A stretch of DNA of 64,000 bases from an uncultured Actinomycetes bacterium (lineage in GTDB: Bacteria; Actinomycetota; Thermoleophilia; UBA2241), in the NCBI GenBank assembly GCA_963709345.1, contig CAVPVX010000010.1, forward strand, positions 32,001 through 96,000, in the 5' to 3' direction. This document shows positions 42,111 to 50,961 of the stretch, one piece after another. A program made the position numbers and the translations under genes. The stretch's first letter is position 1, and the number at the start of each line of letters is the position of its first letter. Under the pieces are notes generated by a model, which had not been told where the DNA came from, did no database searches, and saw nothing but the letters and a program-made list of their open reading frames with translations.

Positions 42111-44266
42111 GCGCCGCCGATCAGCCTCTGGACACCCCGGCCACCACGAACGCCGCGCTCGACGTGCGCGACCTGGAGGTCACCTTCCATCGGCGCGGCC
42201 GCAGGTTGCCCGTGCTCAAGGGCGTGACTCTTCGCATCGACCCCGGCGAAGCCTACGGTTTGGTGGGCGAATCGGGGTGTGGCAAGACGACCCTCGCCAT
42301 GGCGGCCATGCGCTACCTCGCCGCGAACGGCACGCTCGACGCCGGCTCGGTGATGGTCGACGGTCAGGACGTCAGCACGCTCTCCGAAGAGGCGCTCCGC
42401 AAGTGGCGTGGCGGCAAGGTCTCGATGGTGTACCAAGACCCGACGCAGGCGCTCAGTCCCGCGATGCGCATCGGCGATCAACTCGCTGAGGTGTATCGGT
42501 ACCACGAGAGCGTGGACAAGGCTGCGGCCATGGAGCGCGCCCGCGAGAGCCTGGAGCGCGTGGCGATTCCCGATCCGGTCGCCACCCTGCGCCGCTATCC
42601 GTTCGAGCTCTCCGGCGGCCAGCAGCAGCGCGTCGTCATCGCCATGGCTCTGTCGGTCAACCCGCGCCTGCTGATCCTCGACGAGCCCACGACCGGTCTG
42701 GACGCGACGGTGGAAGCAGAGATCCTCGATCTCATCGAGGAGCTTCGCGGGCGCATCAACGCTGCGATCCTGCTGATCACCCACAACCTCGGACTGGTGA
42801 GACGACTCTGCGAGCGTGTCGGCGTGCTCTACGCCGGACGGCTCGTGGAGGAGGGGCCGGCGCGGGACATCTTCACCGATCCGCGCCATCCGTACACGAT
42901 GGGCCTGCTTCGCTGCGTGCCGCGCTTCGGCATGAACAAGACCGACGCGGCGCTGGAGACGATCCCGGGGACGCTCCCGGCTCTGGGCGAGCCCCTGGAG
43001 GGCTGCGTCTACTCCGAGCGATGCCCCATGGCCAAGCCGGTGTGCGTGCGTCGCGAGCCCGACCTCTTCGCTTGGCCCGGGGATGCGGGCTCGAAGGGAG
43101 CCGCTGAGGCCGAGGCCATGCCGGCAGACCCCGCCGCCTACTCCCCCCATCACGCCAACCCGGTCGGTGAGGGAGCGCGCCACGCGCGCTGCTACTTCTC
43201 CGCTCACGTCGCAGACATGCCGCGCCTGACCCCGGTGCTCGCGACGAGCCTGGAGGCGAGGGGCGGGACCGAGGGCGATGTGCTCGAGATCGACGACGTC
43301 AGCCGGACCTTCAAGGATGGTCGCAAGCGGCTGACCGCAGTGCACGAGATCTCCCTCAGCCTGAAGCGCGGGGAGACCTTCGGGCTCGTCGGTGAATCGG
43401 GCAGCGGCAAGACTACGCTGGCGAAGTGCGTCACCGGACTCATCGCAGCCGACTCCGGGACGGTCACGTTCGAGGGCAAGGAGCTGCGCTCCACCGCTGG
43501 ACGCCGCTCGCAGGATGCTCTGCGCGCCATCCAGATGGTCTTCCAGAATCCGGACTCCACGCTGAACCCCGCCTGGAGCACGCGCGCGATCCTCACCCGT
43601 GCCGTGCGCAAGCTGGGCGGAGGCGCCTCCGTGCGCGCCAAGGTGGACAAGCTCTCGGCGGACGTGCGCGTGGAGCCGCGCTTCCTGCTGCAGAGGCCGA
43701 CCGACCTCTCGGGCGGCCAGAAGCAGCGCATCGCGATCGCTCGTGCCTTCGCCGGCGACCCGACTCTGGTCGTCTGCGACGAGCCGGCATCCGCACTCGA
43801 CGTCTCGGTACAGGCGAGCATCCTCAATCTGCTCGTCGAGTTGCAGACCAGGGACCGGGTCTCGTACGTCTTCATCAGCCACGACCTCGCTGTGGTGCGC
43901 TACATCTCCGACCGCATCGGCGTCATGTACCTCGCCGAACTCATCGAGGTCGGCTCCGCCGAGCAGGTCTTCAGCCCGCCGCACCACCCCTATACAGAGG
44001 CGCTGCTCTCTTCGATCCCGAAGCTCGACTTCGACATCGAGCAGCAGCGCATCCCGCTGCACGGCAGCATGCCGAGCCTGAGCGACCCGCCGACGGGCTG
44101 CCGCTTCCACACACGCTGCCATCGCAGCCTCGGCGACATCTGCGCGAACGAGGTTCCGCCGTTCCAAGAAGCCGCCGACGGGCACACCTACATGTGCCAC
44201 ATCCCGCCGGACGAACTGCTCGCGGCCCAAAGCGCCGAGCGCCCGGCGACCCCGGCCGAAGCCTAG
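42107..44266 (+). CDS. ABC transporter ATP-binding protein, fused DppD/DppF double ATPase
   Basis: Two Walker A motifs (GESGCGKT, GESGSGKT), two LSGGQ signatures, HPYT and C.F..RC C-terminal domains; ends in TAG. Confidence 0.92.
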   Translation: MSAADQPLDTPATTNAALDVRDLEVTFHRRGRRLPVLKGVTLRIDPGEAYGLVGESGCGKTTLAMAAMRYLAANGTLDAGSVMVDGQDVSTLSEEALRKWRGGKVSMVYQDPTQALSPAMRIGDQLAEVYRYHESVDKAAAMERARESLERVAIPDPVATLRRYPFELSGGQQQRVVIAMALSVNPRLLILDEPTTGLDATVEAEILDLIEELRGRINAAILLITHNLGLVRRLCERVGVLYAGRLVEEGPARDIFTDPRHPYTMGLLRCVPRFGMNKTDAALETIPGTLPALGEPLEGCVYSERCPMAKPVCVRREPDLFAWPGDAGSKGAAEAEAMPADPAAYSPHHANPVGEGARHARCYFSAHVADMPRLTPVLATSLEARGGTEGDVLEIDDVSRTFKDGRKRLTAVHEISLSLKRGETFGLVGESGSGKTTLAKCVTGLIAADSGTVTFEGKELRSTAGRRSQDALRAIQMVFQNPDSTLNPAWSTRAILTRAVRKLGGGASVRAKVDKLSADVRVEPRFLLQRPTDLSGGQKQRIAIARAFAGDPTLVVCDEPASALDVSVQASILNLLVELQTRDRVSYVFISHDLAVVRYISDRIGVMYLAELIEVGSAEQVFSPPHHPYTEALLSSIPKLDFDIEQQRIPLHGSMPSLSDPPTGCRFHTRCHRSLGDICANEVPPFQEAADGHTYMCHIPPDELLAAQSAERPATPAEA

Positions 44267-44281
44267 AGCGCGGCTTCGGCG

Positions 44282-45250
44282 TCAGCCGCGCCTTCGTGCG
44301 GCGGCCACGATCTCCGCGAGCTCTTCCACGACGCTCACCGCATCGTCCATCACGACGGCATCCGCGTTGCCTGCGATGGGGGCGGCTTCATCGTCGTTGA
44401 TGGCCACGATGAACCCCGCTCTCTCGATGCCCCAGAAGAAGGCTGGGGCGCCGTAAGCCCCGGCGGCGATGCAGAGCGCCGGGGCGGAGCGGGCGCCCGA
44501 GACGCCGATCAGCCGGTCCAGGGGGGCGAGGGCGCTCATGGCGACCGGCCGGGTGATGCCGAAGTCGGCGCCCATGCGTCGTGCAGCCCTCTCAACCCGC
44601 TTCACGCCCTCGCGAGTGCCCACTCCGTTGCCGGCGACGACCAGGAAGCGGCTCTCCGCCAGGTCGGAGGTGGCGGGAGGCTCCAGGAGTTCGACGTCGT
44701 CGAAGGCCGCGTCGCCGGCTCCGGCCGACTCATCGGTGTCGGCGACGACGCGGTGCTCGGCGGGCGGCTCCCAGCCTGCGTCGTCCCACGAAGCGTCTAT
44801 GGTCACGCACGAGAGGCGGCCGGAGAGATCGAAGCGGCCGAGCATGTGCGCCGAGTACACATTCCGGCGGCACACGAGGCGGTCCGGTGCGATCTCGATC
44901 GAGAGCGCTTGTGTCAGGATTGCGCCCCCGTTGCGGGCCGCAAGGCGGGCCGCGAGCTCCGCCCCGCCGCCATCCCCGGGGAAGAGGACGAGCCCGGCGT
45001 CCGTGCCCTGAGCTGCGGCGCTGAGGCTCTCGACGAGGCGGTCGGGTCGTTGGACGGGCACCCGGACAAGCCGAACGTCGCGCGTTGGGGCCAGTTCCAC
45101 GAGCCCGTCGCGGTCGCACTGGTCGTGGTAGAAGACCAGGGTCTCTCCGCAGAAGGCGCCGGTCATTCCGCCGCTCAGGAAGCCGCCGAGAGCGCGCGCT
45201 CGGCGCTCTGCGGCGCCTGTGGCGCCGTCCAGCACCGCCACGACTCTCAC
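44282..45250 (-). CDS. Electron transfer flavoprotein alpha-like (YgcQ/FixB-like)
   Basis: VVAGNG, G.TRPVA, IGVSG....P, IVAIN.D..API...AD; GTG start overlapping the etfB stop. Confidence 0.8.
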   Translation of the reverse strand: MRVVAVLDGATGAAERRARALGGFLSGGMTGAFCGETLVFYHDQCDRDGLVELAPTRDVRLVRVPVQRPDRLVESLSAAAQGTDAGLVLFPGDGGGAELAARLAARNGGAILTQALSIEIAPDRLVCRRNVYSAHMLGRFDLSGRLSCVTIDASWDDAGWEPPAEHRVVADTDESAGAGDAAFDDVELLEPPATSDLAESRFLVVAGNGVGTREGVKRVERAARRMGADFGITRPVAMSALAPLDRLIGVSGARSAPALCIAAGAYGAPAFFWGIERAGFIVAINDDEAAPIAGNADAVVMDDAVSVVEELAEIVAAARRRG

Positions 45251-46074
45251 AGCTTCTCCAGCACGGGCCTGAGGTGTTCGTCGTAGAGCGACTGCGCCTT
45301 TTCGCGCGGTGTCGCGCCGCCGACGACGACGCCGGGGCGCGAGCGGTCGATCATCTCGAGACTCGTCGGTCCCGTCTCGCGCAGGAGCTCGGCCGTGACG
45401 TCCACGTCCAGAGCGACCGCGGCCAAGACGTCGACGGGTCTGTCGCGACAGGCGAGCCTTTGAGTCAGCGTCGGCACGCGAAGGTGCGAGACGGTCGCGT
45501 TGCCCACGGCCAGAACGCACGGGAGCCGGAGCGTCGCGCGCATGAGCCCGTCGTCCGTGACGCAGACCGCGCGCACGCGTCCGTTCGGCAGGGCCTCGAG
45601 GTCGGTCACCTGCGGTAGACACGGCCAGCCGAGTCTCTCAGCCACGAGGAACGGGACGATACCGCTGTCGCCCGGCCCGCTACGACAGCCGAGAAGCAGC
45701 AGGTCGCTCCGATCCACGTGCTTCGCGTAGGCGGCAATGAGCTCCGCAGTGACGCCGGGCGCGAAATCCAAACCGGCGCCTGCGTCCACGCGCGTGGTGC
45801 GCCGGAAGCCCAACGCCTGGAGGGTCTTCAGATAGCCGTCGACCACCGGGCCGCCGATGGACAGGGCTCCGAGATCTGCCGCCACGGCGTGGCTGTCGAG
45901 TGTCTCCGCCAGCCGCAGCGCGAGCTCCAGGGCGCTCTCGTCGAAGCAGTTGAGGATGCGGCGGACGTACCGGGTCTCCGGGCCGTCCGCCGCGTCCGCC
46001 GTCCAGTCCGCGGGGCGCAGAGCCTCGTAGTCGGGCGTGACCTTGAACGACACCAGAATGCGCATGGCGCTCAC
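45247..46074 (-). CDS. Electron transfer flavoprotein beta-like (YgcR/FixA-like)
   Basis: ILVSFKVTPD, N.FDE.ALE.AL, G.RS..GD.G.VP..VAE.LGWP. Confidence 0.82.
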   Translation of the reverse strand: MSAMRILVSFKVTPDYEALRPADWTADAADGPETRYVRRILNCFDESALELALRLAETLDSHAVAADLGALSIGGPVVDGYLKTLQALGFRRTTRVDAGAGLDFAPGVTAELIAAYAKHVDRSDLLLLGCRSGPGDSGIVPFLVAERLGWPCLPQVTDLEALPNGRVRAVCVTDDGLMRATLRLPCVLAVGNATVSHLRVPTLTQRLACRDRPVDVLAAVALDVDVTAELLRETGPTSLEMIDRSRPGVVVGGATPREKAQSLYDEHLRPVLEKL

Positions 46075-47513
46075 TTCGGGATGATCGTCCCCACGTTCAT
46101 GATGCCCTTTGGGTCAAAGGCCTTCTTCAGCGTCTCGAGGACGTAGTAGGAGGACCCGTATTCGTCCTTGACCCACGGCGCCCGCGCCTTGCCGATGCCA
46201 TGGTGGTGGACGATCGACCCGCCGCGCTTGAGCGTCTCCTCGCAGATGATGCCGATTATCGGCAGGTAGTACTTGTCGGTCTCCTCCTCCGGGCCGACGC
46301 CGACCACGTTGAAGAAGTAGTTGAAGTACATGTTGGTGCCGTTGATGTAGCTGTGCGAGGAGTGGCCGCCCATCATCGTGATGTCGGAGATCTCGGCGAG
46401 GATGCGCGCCTTCGCCGTCTGGTAGATGTCGTTGATGGAGCTCCAGTCGGCGGAGATCTCGGTCGTGCGGTTGACGTTGCGCGTCTGGCGGATGCGCTCG
46501 TCCTCTGCGGTGATCTTGTCGGGACCCCAGCAGAGGTCGTTGAACCAGGTCTCGATGTAGGCGCTGTCGACCGGGGTGCACTCCGGGTGCTGCGCGACGA
46601 TCTCGGCGATGCCCTCGGCGGTCGCTTTCGCGATCCCCGCCGAGCCCTCGGCCATGAAGAGAAGGACGCAGTCGTCTTCGGCGGCGAAGTGTGAGAAGTG
46701 GAGGCCGGCGTCGCCGGGGTCGTACACGCGCGCCACCGACGGTTTGTACCCGTTCACCATCACGTCACGAAGGACCTCGAAGCCGGTCTTCATGTCCTTG
46801 AGCGTCCAACCCAGGAACGCGTTGTTCTCAGGGTAGTACGGGAAGAGCTTGACCGTCACTTCGGTGATGAAGCAGAGGGCGCCCTCGTTGCCGATGACGA
46901 CGTGGCGGATGTCGGGGCCGGCGGCTCGCCGCGGGACGTTCTTGATCCGCGTCACCTGGCCGCCGGGGAAGACCGCCTCGAGGCCGACGACCATGTCCTC
47001 GATGCCGCCGTACAGCGTCGAGAACTGGCCGATGCTACGGGTGGCGACGAGCCCGCCCATGTGGGCGACGGGCTTGGACTGGGGAGAGTGTCCGGTCGTG
47101 AGGCCCTGCTCGCGGGCGAGGTCCTCCAGCACCTGCAGGGGCACGCCGCACTGCGCGGTCGCCTGCATGTTGTAGGCGTCGATGCTCACGACCTTGTTCA
47201 TGGCCGACCCGTCGATGATGACGGAGTCCGCGACCGCGCTCTCGAGGCCGCCTTCGGTCGCCGTGGCTCCGGTGCGCGGGATGACGTTCACGAGGTGTTC
47301 GTCGGCGAAGCGCAGGATCTCAGCCACCTGCTGCGTGTCCTTCGGCAGGACGACGGCGGCCGGCACCGGCATGGTGTGTACGTCGAAGATGTTCTGCAGC
47401 TTGCGGAAGTTGTCGACGCTGCTCTCGACGAGCACCTTCTCGTCGGTGACCACGGCGTCCTGTCCCACGATGCCGCGCAGGCCCTCGACGATGGCCTCTC
47501 TGCTCAGTGACAT
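46071..47513 (-). CDS. ygcU: FAD-linked oxidoreductase (alkyl-DHAP-synthase-like family), YgcU orthologue
   Basis: MSLSR.AIV, PRTG..ATEGGLE, TTGHSPQSKP, TRSIGQFSTLYG, VPRRAAGPDIRH, GGHSSHSY.NGTNMYF, HHHGIGK as recalled for E. coli YgcU. Confidence 0.85.
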   Translation of the reverse strand: MSLSREAIVEGLRGIVGQDAVVTDEKVLVESSVDNFRKLQNIFDVHTMPVPAAVVLPKDTQQVAEILRFADEHLVNVIPRTGATATEGGLESAVADSVIIDGSAMNKVVSIDAYNMQATAQCGVPLQVLEDLAREQGLTTGHSPQSKPVAHMGGLVATRSIGQFSTLYGGIEDMVVGLEAVFPGGQVTRIKNVPRRAAGPDIRHVVIGNEGALCFITEVTVKLFPYYPENNAFLGWTLKDMKTGFEVLRDVMVNGYKPSVARVYDPGDAGLHFSHFAAEDDCVLLFMAEGSAGIAKATAEGIAEIVAQHPECTPVDSAYIETWFNDLCWGPDKITAEDERIRQTRNVNRTTEISADWSSINDIYQTAKARILAEISDITMMGGHSSHSYINGTNMYFNYFFNVVGVGPEEETDKYYLPIIGIICEETLKRGGSIVHHHGIGKARAPWVKDEYGSSYYVLETLKKAFDPKGIMNVGTIIPK

Positions 47514-47550
47514 GTCGTGTTCCTTTGCGTTCCGGTGGGTGGTCTCTGCC

Positions 47551-48981
47551 TCATTGGAAGATGGTGAAGGACTGTTCGAGGATCGGGTCGGTGGCATCGT
47601 GGATGGCTCGGTACGCGGTCTCGTTCATGCGCCGGTAGATGTCGTGGTTCTCGAGGTCCGGGAGGAACGTCTCGCGCTCGCGCCGCATTGCCGCGGCGGC
47701 GGTCACGAAGTCGGGGTACACGCCCGTGCCGACGGCGGCGCACATCGCCGACCCCAGGCTTGCGCCGCTGCCCCCCCGGTTGCGCGAGGCCGGCACGCCG
47801 AACACGTCGGTGAAGATGCGTAGGAACAGGGGGCTCCTGGACCCGCCGCCGGAGATGACGATCTCCCGAAGGTCGATGTCGAGTTCCGTGCACATGGCAT
47901 CGACGTTGGCCTTCATCGTCAGCGCGATCGCTTCGAGGATGGAGCGGTAGACGTGTCCTCTGGTGTGCCGGGCGTCGAAGCCGATGATCTCGCCCTTGCG
48001 GAAGGGCTTGTGGGTGGGGGCGAGCCAGTCGAGGACGGTCATGAGGCCGTCGCTGCCCGCGCGAACCTGCTCTGCCTCGGGCTCAAGGTACTCCTCGCGC
48101 GAGGTCTCCAGGGTGGCCGCCGCGGCGGCGAACTCGGGCCCGAGCAGGTCGAGGAACCAGCTGAGGGTCCACATGCCGCGGCGAATGCCCCCGCTTTCGT
48201 AGAGGTATCGGTTCGGGACGCAGGCGAAGTTGGTCCAGAACTCCGTTGCCGTCTGCCGGTTCTCGCGCCCGTGGACCATCGAGGCGATGTAGGTACCCAG
48301 TGAGATGAGCGCCGTGCGCTCGTCCAGGGAGCCGGAGCCGAGCGCCTCGACCGCCTTATCGTTGGCCGTGGTCACGACCGGCAGGCCCTCCGGGATGCCG
48401 GTCGCCGCCGCCGCTTCCGCGGTCACGCAGCCGGCGACGTCTCCGGGCATCTGCAACTCCACCAGCAACTCCGGGCGTAGGTTGAACTCGTCGAACAGCG
48501 CCGGGTCCCACTGCCACGTGTCCGTGTCGATCGGCCACTGCAGGATGATGTTGTTGGCGGCACTGTCGCGGAACTCCCCGGTGAAGCGGTGCGTCATGTA
48601 ACCGGACGAGGTGGTCGCGTAGGCGAGCTCGGGGTCGTCCGGGAGGTAGGGCTGGTACGCGCGCGTGTCCATCCAGCTCATGACCGGCTCGAGGAGCGAA
48701 CCGTCTGCCTTGAGGAAGGTCTTGCAGCAGCGGATCGTGCAGAGGCCGACGCCGAGGATGTCGTCGGGGTCGCCCTGGAACATCGTCATCACCTCGCGAC
48801 TCGCCGCGACGATCGACTCCCAGAGGTCGTCGTCGGGATGGATGACGTACCCCGGCAGGGGGCGCTCCATCGGACGGAGCTCCCGTCTGGCCTCACAGAC
48901 GACGTTGCCTGCGAGGTCGTAGATGACGACCTTGGCGCTCTGCGTGCCGTTGTCGATGCCGATCAGGTACTTGCCCGCCAT
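47551..48981 (-). CDS. ygcE: FGGY-family carbohydrate kinase, YgcE orthologue
   Basis: IGID.G.QS.KVV, HPDDDLW, IRCC..LKADG, DK.VEALG, GLMTVLDWL, YRSILE, GGGS.S. Confidence 0.82.
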   Translation of the reverse strand: MAGKYLIGIDNGTQSAKVVIYDLAGNVVCEARRELRPMERPLPGYVIHPDDDLWESIVAASREVMTMFQGDPDDILGVGLCTIRCCKTFLKADGSLLEPVMSWMDTRAYQPYLPDDPELAYATTSSGYMTHRFTGEFRDSAANNIILQWPIDTDTWQWDPALFDEFNLRPELLVELQMPGDVAGCVTAEAAAATGIPEGLPVVTTANDKAVEALGSGSLDERTALISLGTYIASMVHGRENRQTATEFWTNFACVPNRYLYESGGIRRGMWTLSWFLDLLGPEFAAAAATLETSREEYLEPEAEQVRAGSDGLMTVLDWLAPTHKPFRKGEIIGFDARHTRGHVYRSILEAIALTMKANVDAMCTELDIDLREIVISGGGSRSPLFLRIFTDVFGVPASRNRGGSGASLGSAMCAAVGTGVYPDFVTAAAAMRRERETFLPDLENHDIYRRMNETAYRAIHDATDPILEQSFTIFQ

Positions 48982-49005
48982 CAGGTCGCTCCCGTCCCCA
49001 GCGTC

Positions 49006-49782
49006 CTAGCGGACGAGGTAGCCGCCGTCGACGACCAGGACGTGGCCGTTGACGTAGTCGGATGCGCGGCTGGCCAGAAAGACGGCCGCGCCCATCAGGT
49101 CCGCGGGGTCGCCCCAGCGATCGGCCGGGATGTGGTCGAGAACGCGCTTGTTGGTCTCCGGGTCACTCCGGGTCTGGGTGGTGATCTCGGTCGCGAAGTA
49201 CCCCGGGGCGATGCCGTTGACCTGGACGTTGTACTGGGCGAGCTCGTCGCAGTAGGCCTTGGTGAAGCCGGCCAGGCCGTGCTTGGTGGCGGCGTAGGCC
49301 GACGACCACTGGCCGCCGAGAAAGGAGAAGAGCGAGCAGACGTTGACGATCTTGCCGCTCCGCTGGGGGATCATGACCTTGGCGGCCTCGTGGGCCATCT
49401 CGAAGGCGGCGGTGAGGTTCACGGCCACGGTCGCGTCCCACTGCGGCCGGCCGAAGTCGATGACGCTCGCGAGCGGGCAGATACCGGCGCTGTTGACGAG
49501 GATGTCGAGTGAGCCGAACCGCTCGACACAGGTGTCGACGATGCCCTTCGGCGCGCCGGGCTCAGTGATGTCGACCTGCGCGAACTCGTACCCGACGCTC
49601 TCCGCCTCGATGAGCTCTCGCGTCGCGCCGTCGTCGTCCACGATGCTGGGCGCGAAGACGTTGGCCCCGCCTTTGGCCAGCGCGAGGGCGAACGCCTGGC
49701 CGAGACCTGTGTTGCCGCCGGTCACGACGGCGTTCTTGCCCTCCAGGGAGAAGAACCCCATCGCGAAGTCGCTGATGTCCAT
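49006..49782 (-). CDS. ygcW: SDR oxidoreductase, YgcW orthologue (KduD-like)
   Basis: F.M.FFSL.GK, TGGNTGLG, LFSFLGGQWS.AY.ATKH, DGGYLVR; ends in TAG. Confidence 0.85.
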   Translation of the reverse strand: MDISDFAMGFFSLEGKNAVVTGGNTGLGQAFALALAKGGANVFAPSIVDDDGATRELIEAESVGYEFAQVDITEPGAPKGIVDTCVERFGSLDILVNSAGICPLASVIDFGRPQWDATVAVNLTAAFEMAHEAAKVMIPQRSGKIVNVCSLFSFLGGQWSSAYAATKHGLAGFTKAYCDELAQYNVQVNGIAPGYFATEITTQTRSDPETNKRVLDHIPADRWGDPADLMGAAVFLASRASDYVNGHVLVVDGGYLVR

Positions 49783-49904
49783 GGACGCTGTCTCCTTTGT
49801 GCCGGACCGGGCGCCGGGCGGGACCCGGTCCGCTAGATGCTGCAGGTGCAGGTGTACGGGCGCGCACGCATGAGGCGATGCGCATCTTGGCGCGCTGAGA
49901 CCAG

Positions 49905-49956
49905 AGTATTCGGCCGGATGTTCAGTAAGTCAACCACGCAGGCGAACATTCTGCCG
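49905..49956 (-). promoter_or_regulatory. Promoter of the ygcWEU-etf operon (TTGACT-17-AATACT) with TGTTC/GAACA elements; shared with 22180-22231
   Basis: Minus strand reads CGGCAGAATGTTC..TTGACTTACTGAACATCCGGCCGAATACT. Confidence 0.7.
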
Positions 49957-49995
49957 TTCGGCGCTCCGTCCACCAAATCCGGGCCGGAGCGCGCG

Positions 49996-50916
49996 TCACT
50001 CAGGCTCCAGCTCGTCCGGGAAGCCGGGGGCGCGCAGGTCGGTGCCGACAGCCTCCTCGAGCATCTTGACCACCATGGGGGACTGCGCGCCGCCGCCGTA
50101 CACGGCGCGGGCGCGGGCGAAGATCTGCTCGGTGAGCCCCGCGAGCTCTAGAGGCACGCCGAACTCGCGGCCCATCTGGTGCGCGAAGTACAGGTCCTTG
50201 CGCGCCAGGTCCATCGTGAAGTTGATGTTGTAGCTGCCGTTCAGGATGAGCTGGCCCTCGGTCTCGTGCACGAAGCTGTTGCCCGAGCTGGCCTTGATGA
50301 CGTCCCAGGCCAGCTTGAGATCGACGCCGCCGCGCTTGGCCAGCATCAGCGCTTCGCCGTCGGCGACGAGATGGATGAAGGCCAGCATGTTGGTGATCAC
50401 CTTGATCACCGAGGCCTGGCCCAGCTCGCCGATGTAGAAGACCCTGCCCCCCATGGTCTCGAACACGGGCAGGTGCTTCTGGAATACCGCCTCGTCGCCG
50501 CCGACGAGGACGGTGATCATGCCGCAGGCAGCGCGGTGGACGCCGCCGGTCACCGGCGATTCGAGCGTCGCGATCCCCTTCTCCGCGGCCAGGGCGGCGA
50601 GACGCTGCAGTTCGTGCAGGTCATTGGTGCTCATGTCGATCCAGGTACCACCGGGGGCGAGGTTCTCGATGACGCCGCCCTCGCCGGCGACCACGTCGGT
50701 GACGACCTCCGGCGAGGGCAGACAGGTGATGACGGTGTCCGACGCGCGCGCCGTCTCCGCGACGGTGTCGGCGCAGGTTGCGCCCGCTTTGCCCAGGTCG
50801 ACGGCGCAACTCGCGTCAACGTCGTACACGGTGACCGGGAAGCCGTCGCGCAGCAGGCAGCCGGCGAGTTGCCGGCCGAGGGCTCCGAGCCCGATGTAGC
50901 CGATCCTCATGGTCAT
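49996..50916 (-). CDS. Beta-hydroxyacid dehydrogenase family NAD(P)-dependent oxidoreductase
   Basis: IGLGALG, DMST, ESPVTGG, IKVITNML (catalytic Lys), KDL. Confidence 0.88.
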   Translation of the reverse strand: MTMRIGYIGLGALGRQLAGCLLRDGFPVTVYDVDASCAVDLGKAGATCADTVAETARASDTVITCLPSPEVVTDVVAGEGGVIENLAPGGTWIDMSTNDLHELQRLAALAAEKGIATLESPVTGGVHRAACGMITVLVGGDEAVFQKHLPVFETMGGRVFYIGELGQASVIKVITNMLAFIHLVADGEALMLAKRGGVDLKLAWDVIKASSGNSFVHETEGQLILNGSYNINFTMDLARKDLYFAHQMGREFGVPLELAGLTEQIFARARAVYGGGAQSPMVVKMLEEAVGTDLRAPGFPDELEPE

Positions 50917-50961
50917 GCTGCCTCCGATGGCCGGTGTGGAAGTGCTGTGGAGTCCGTTCGG

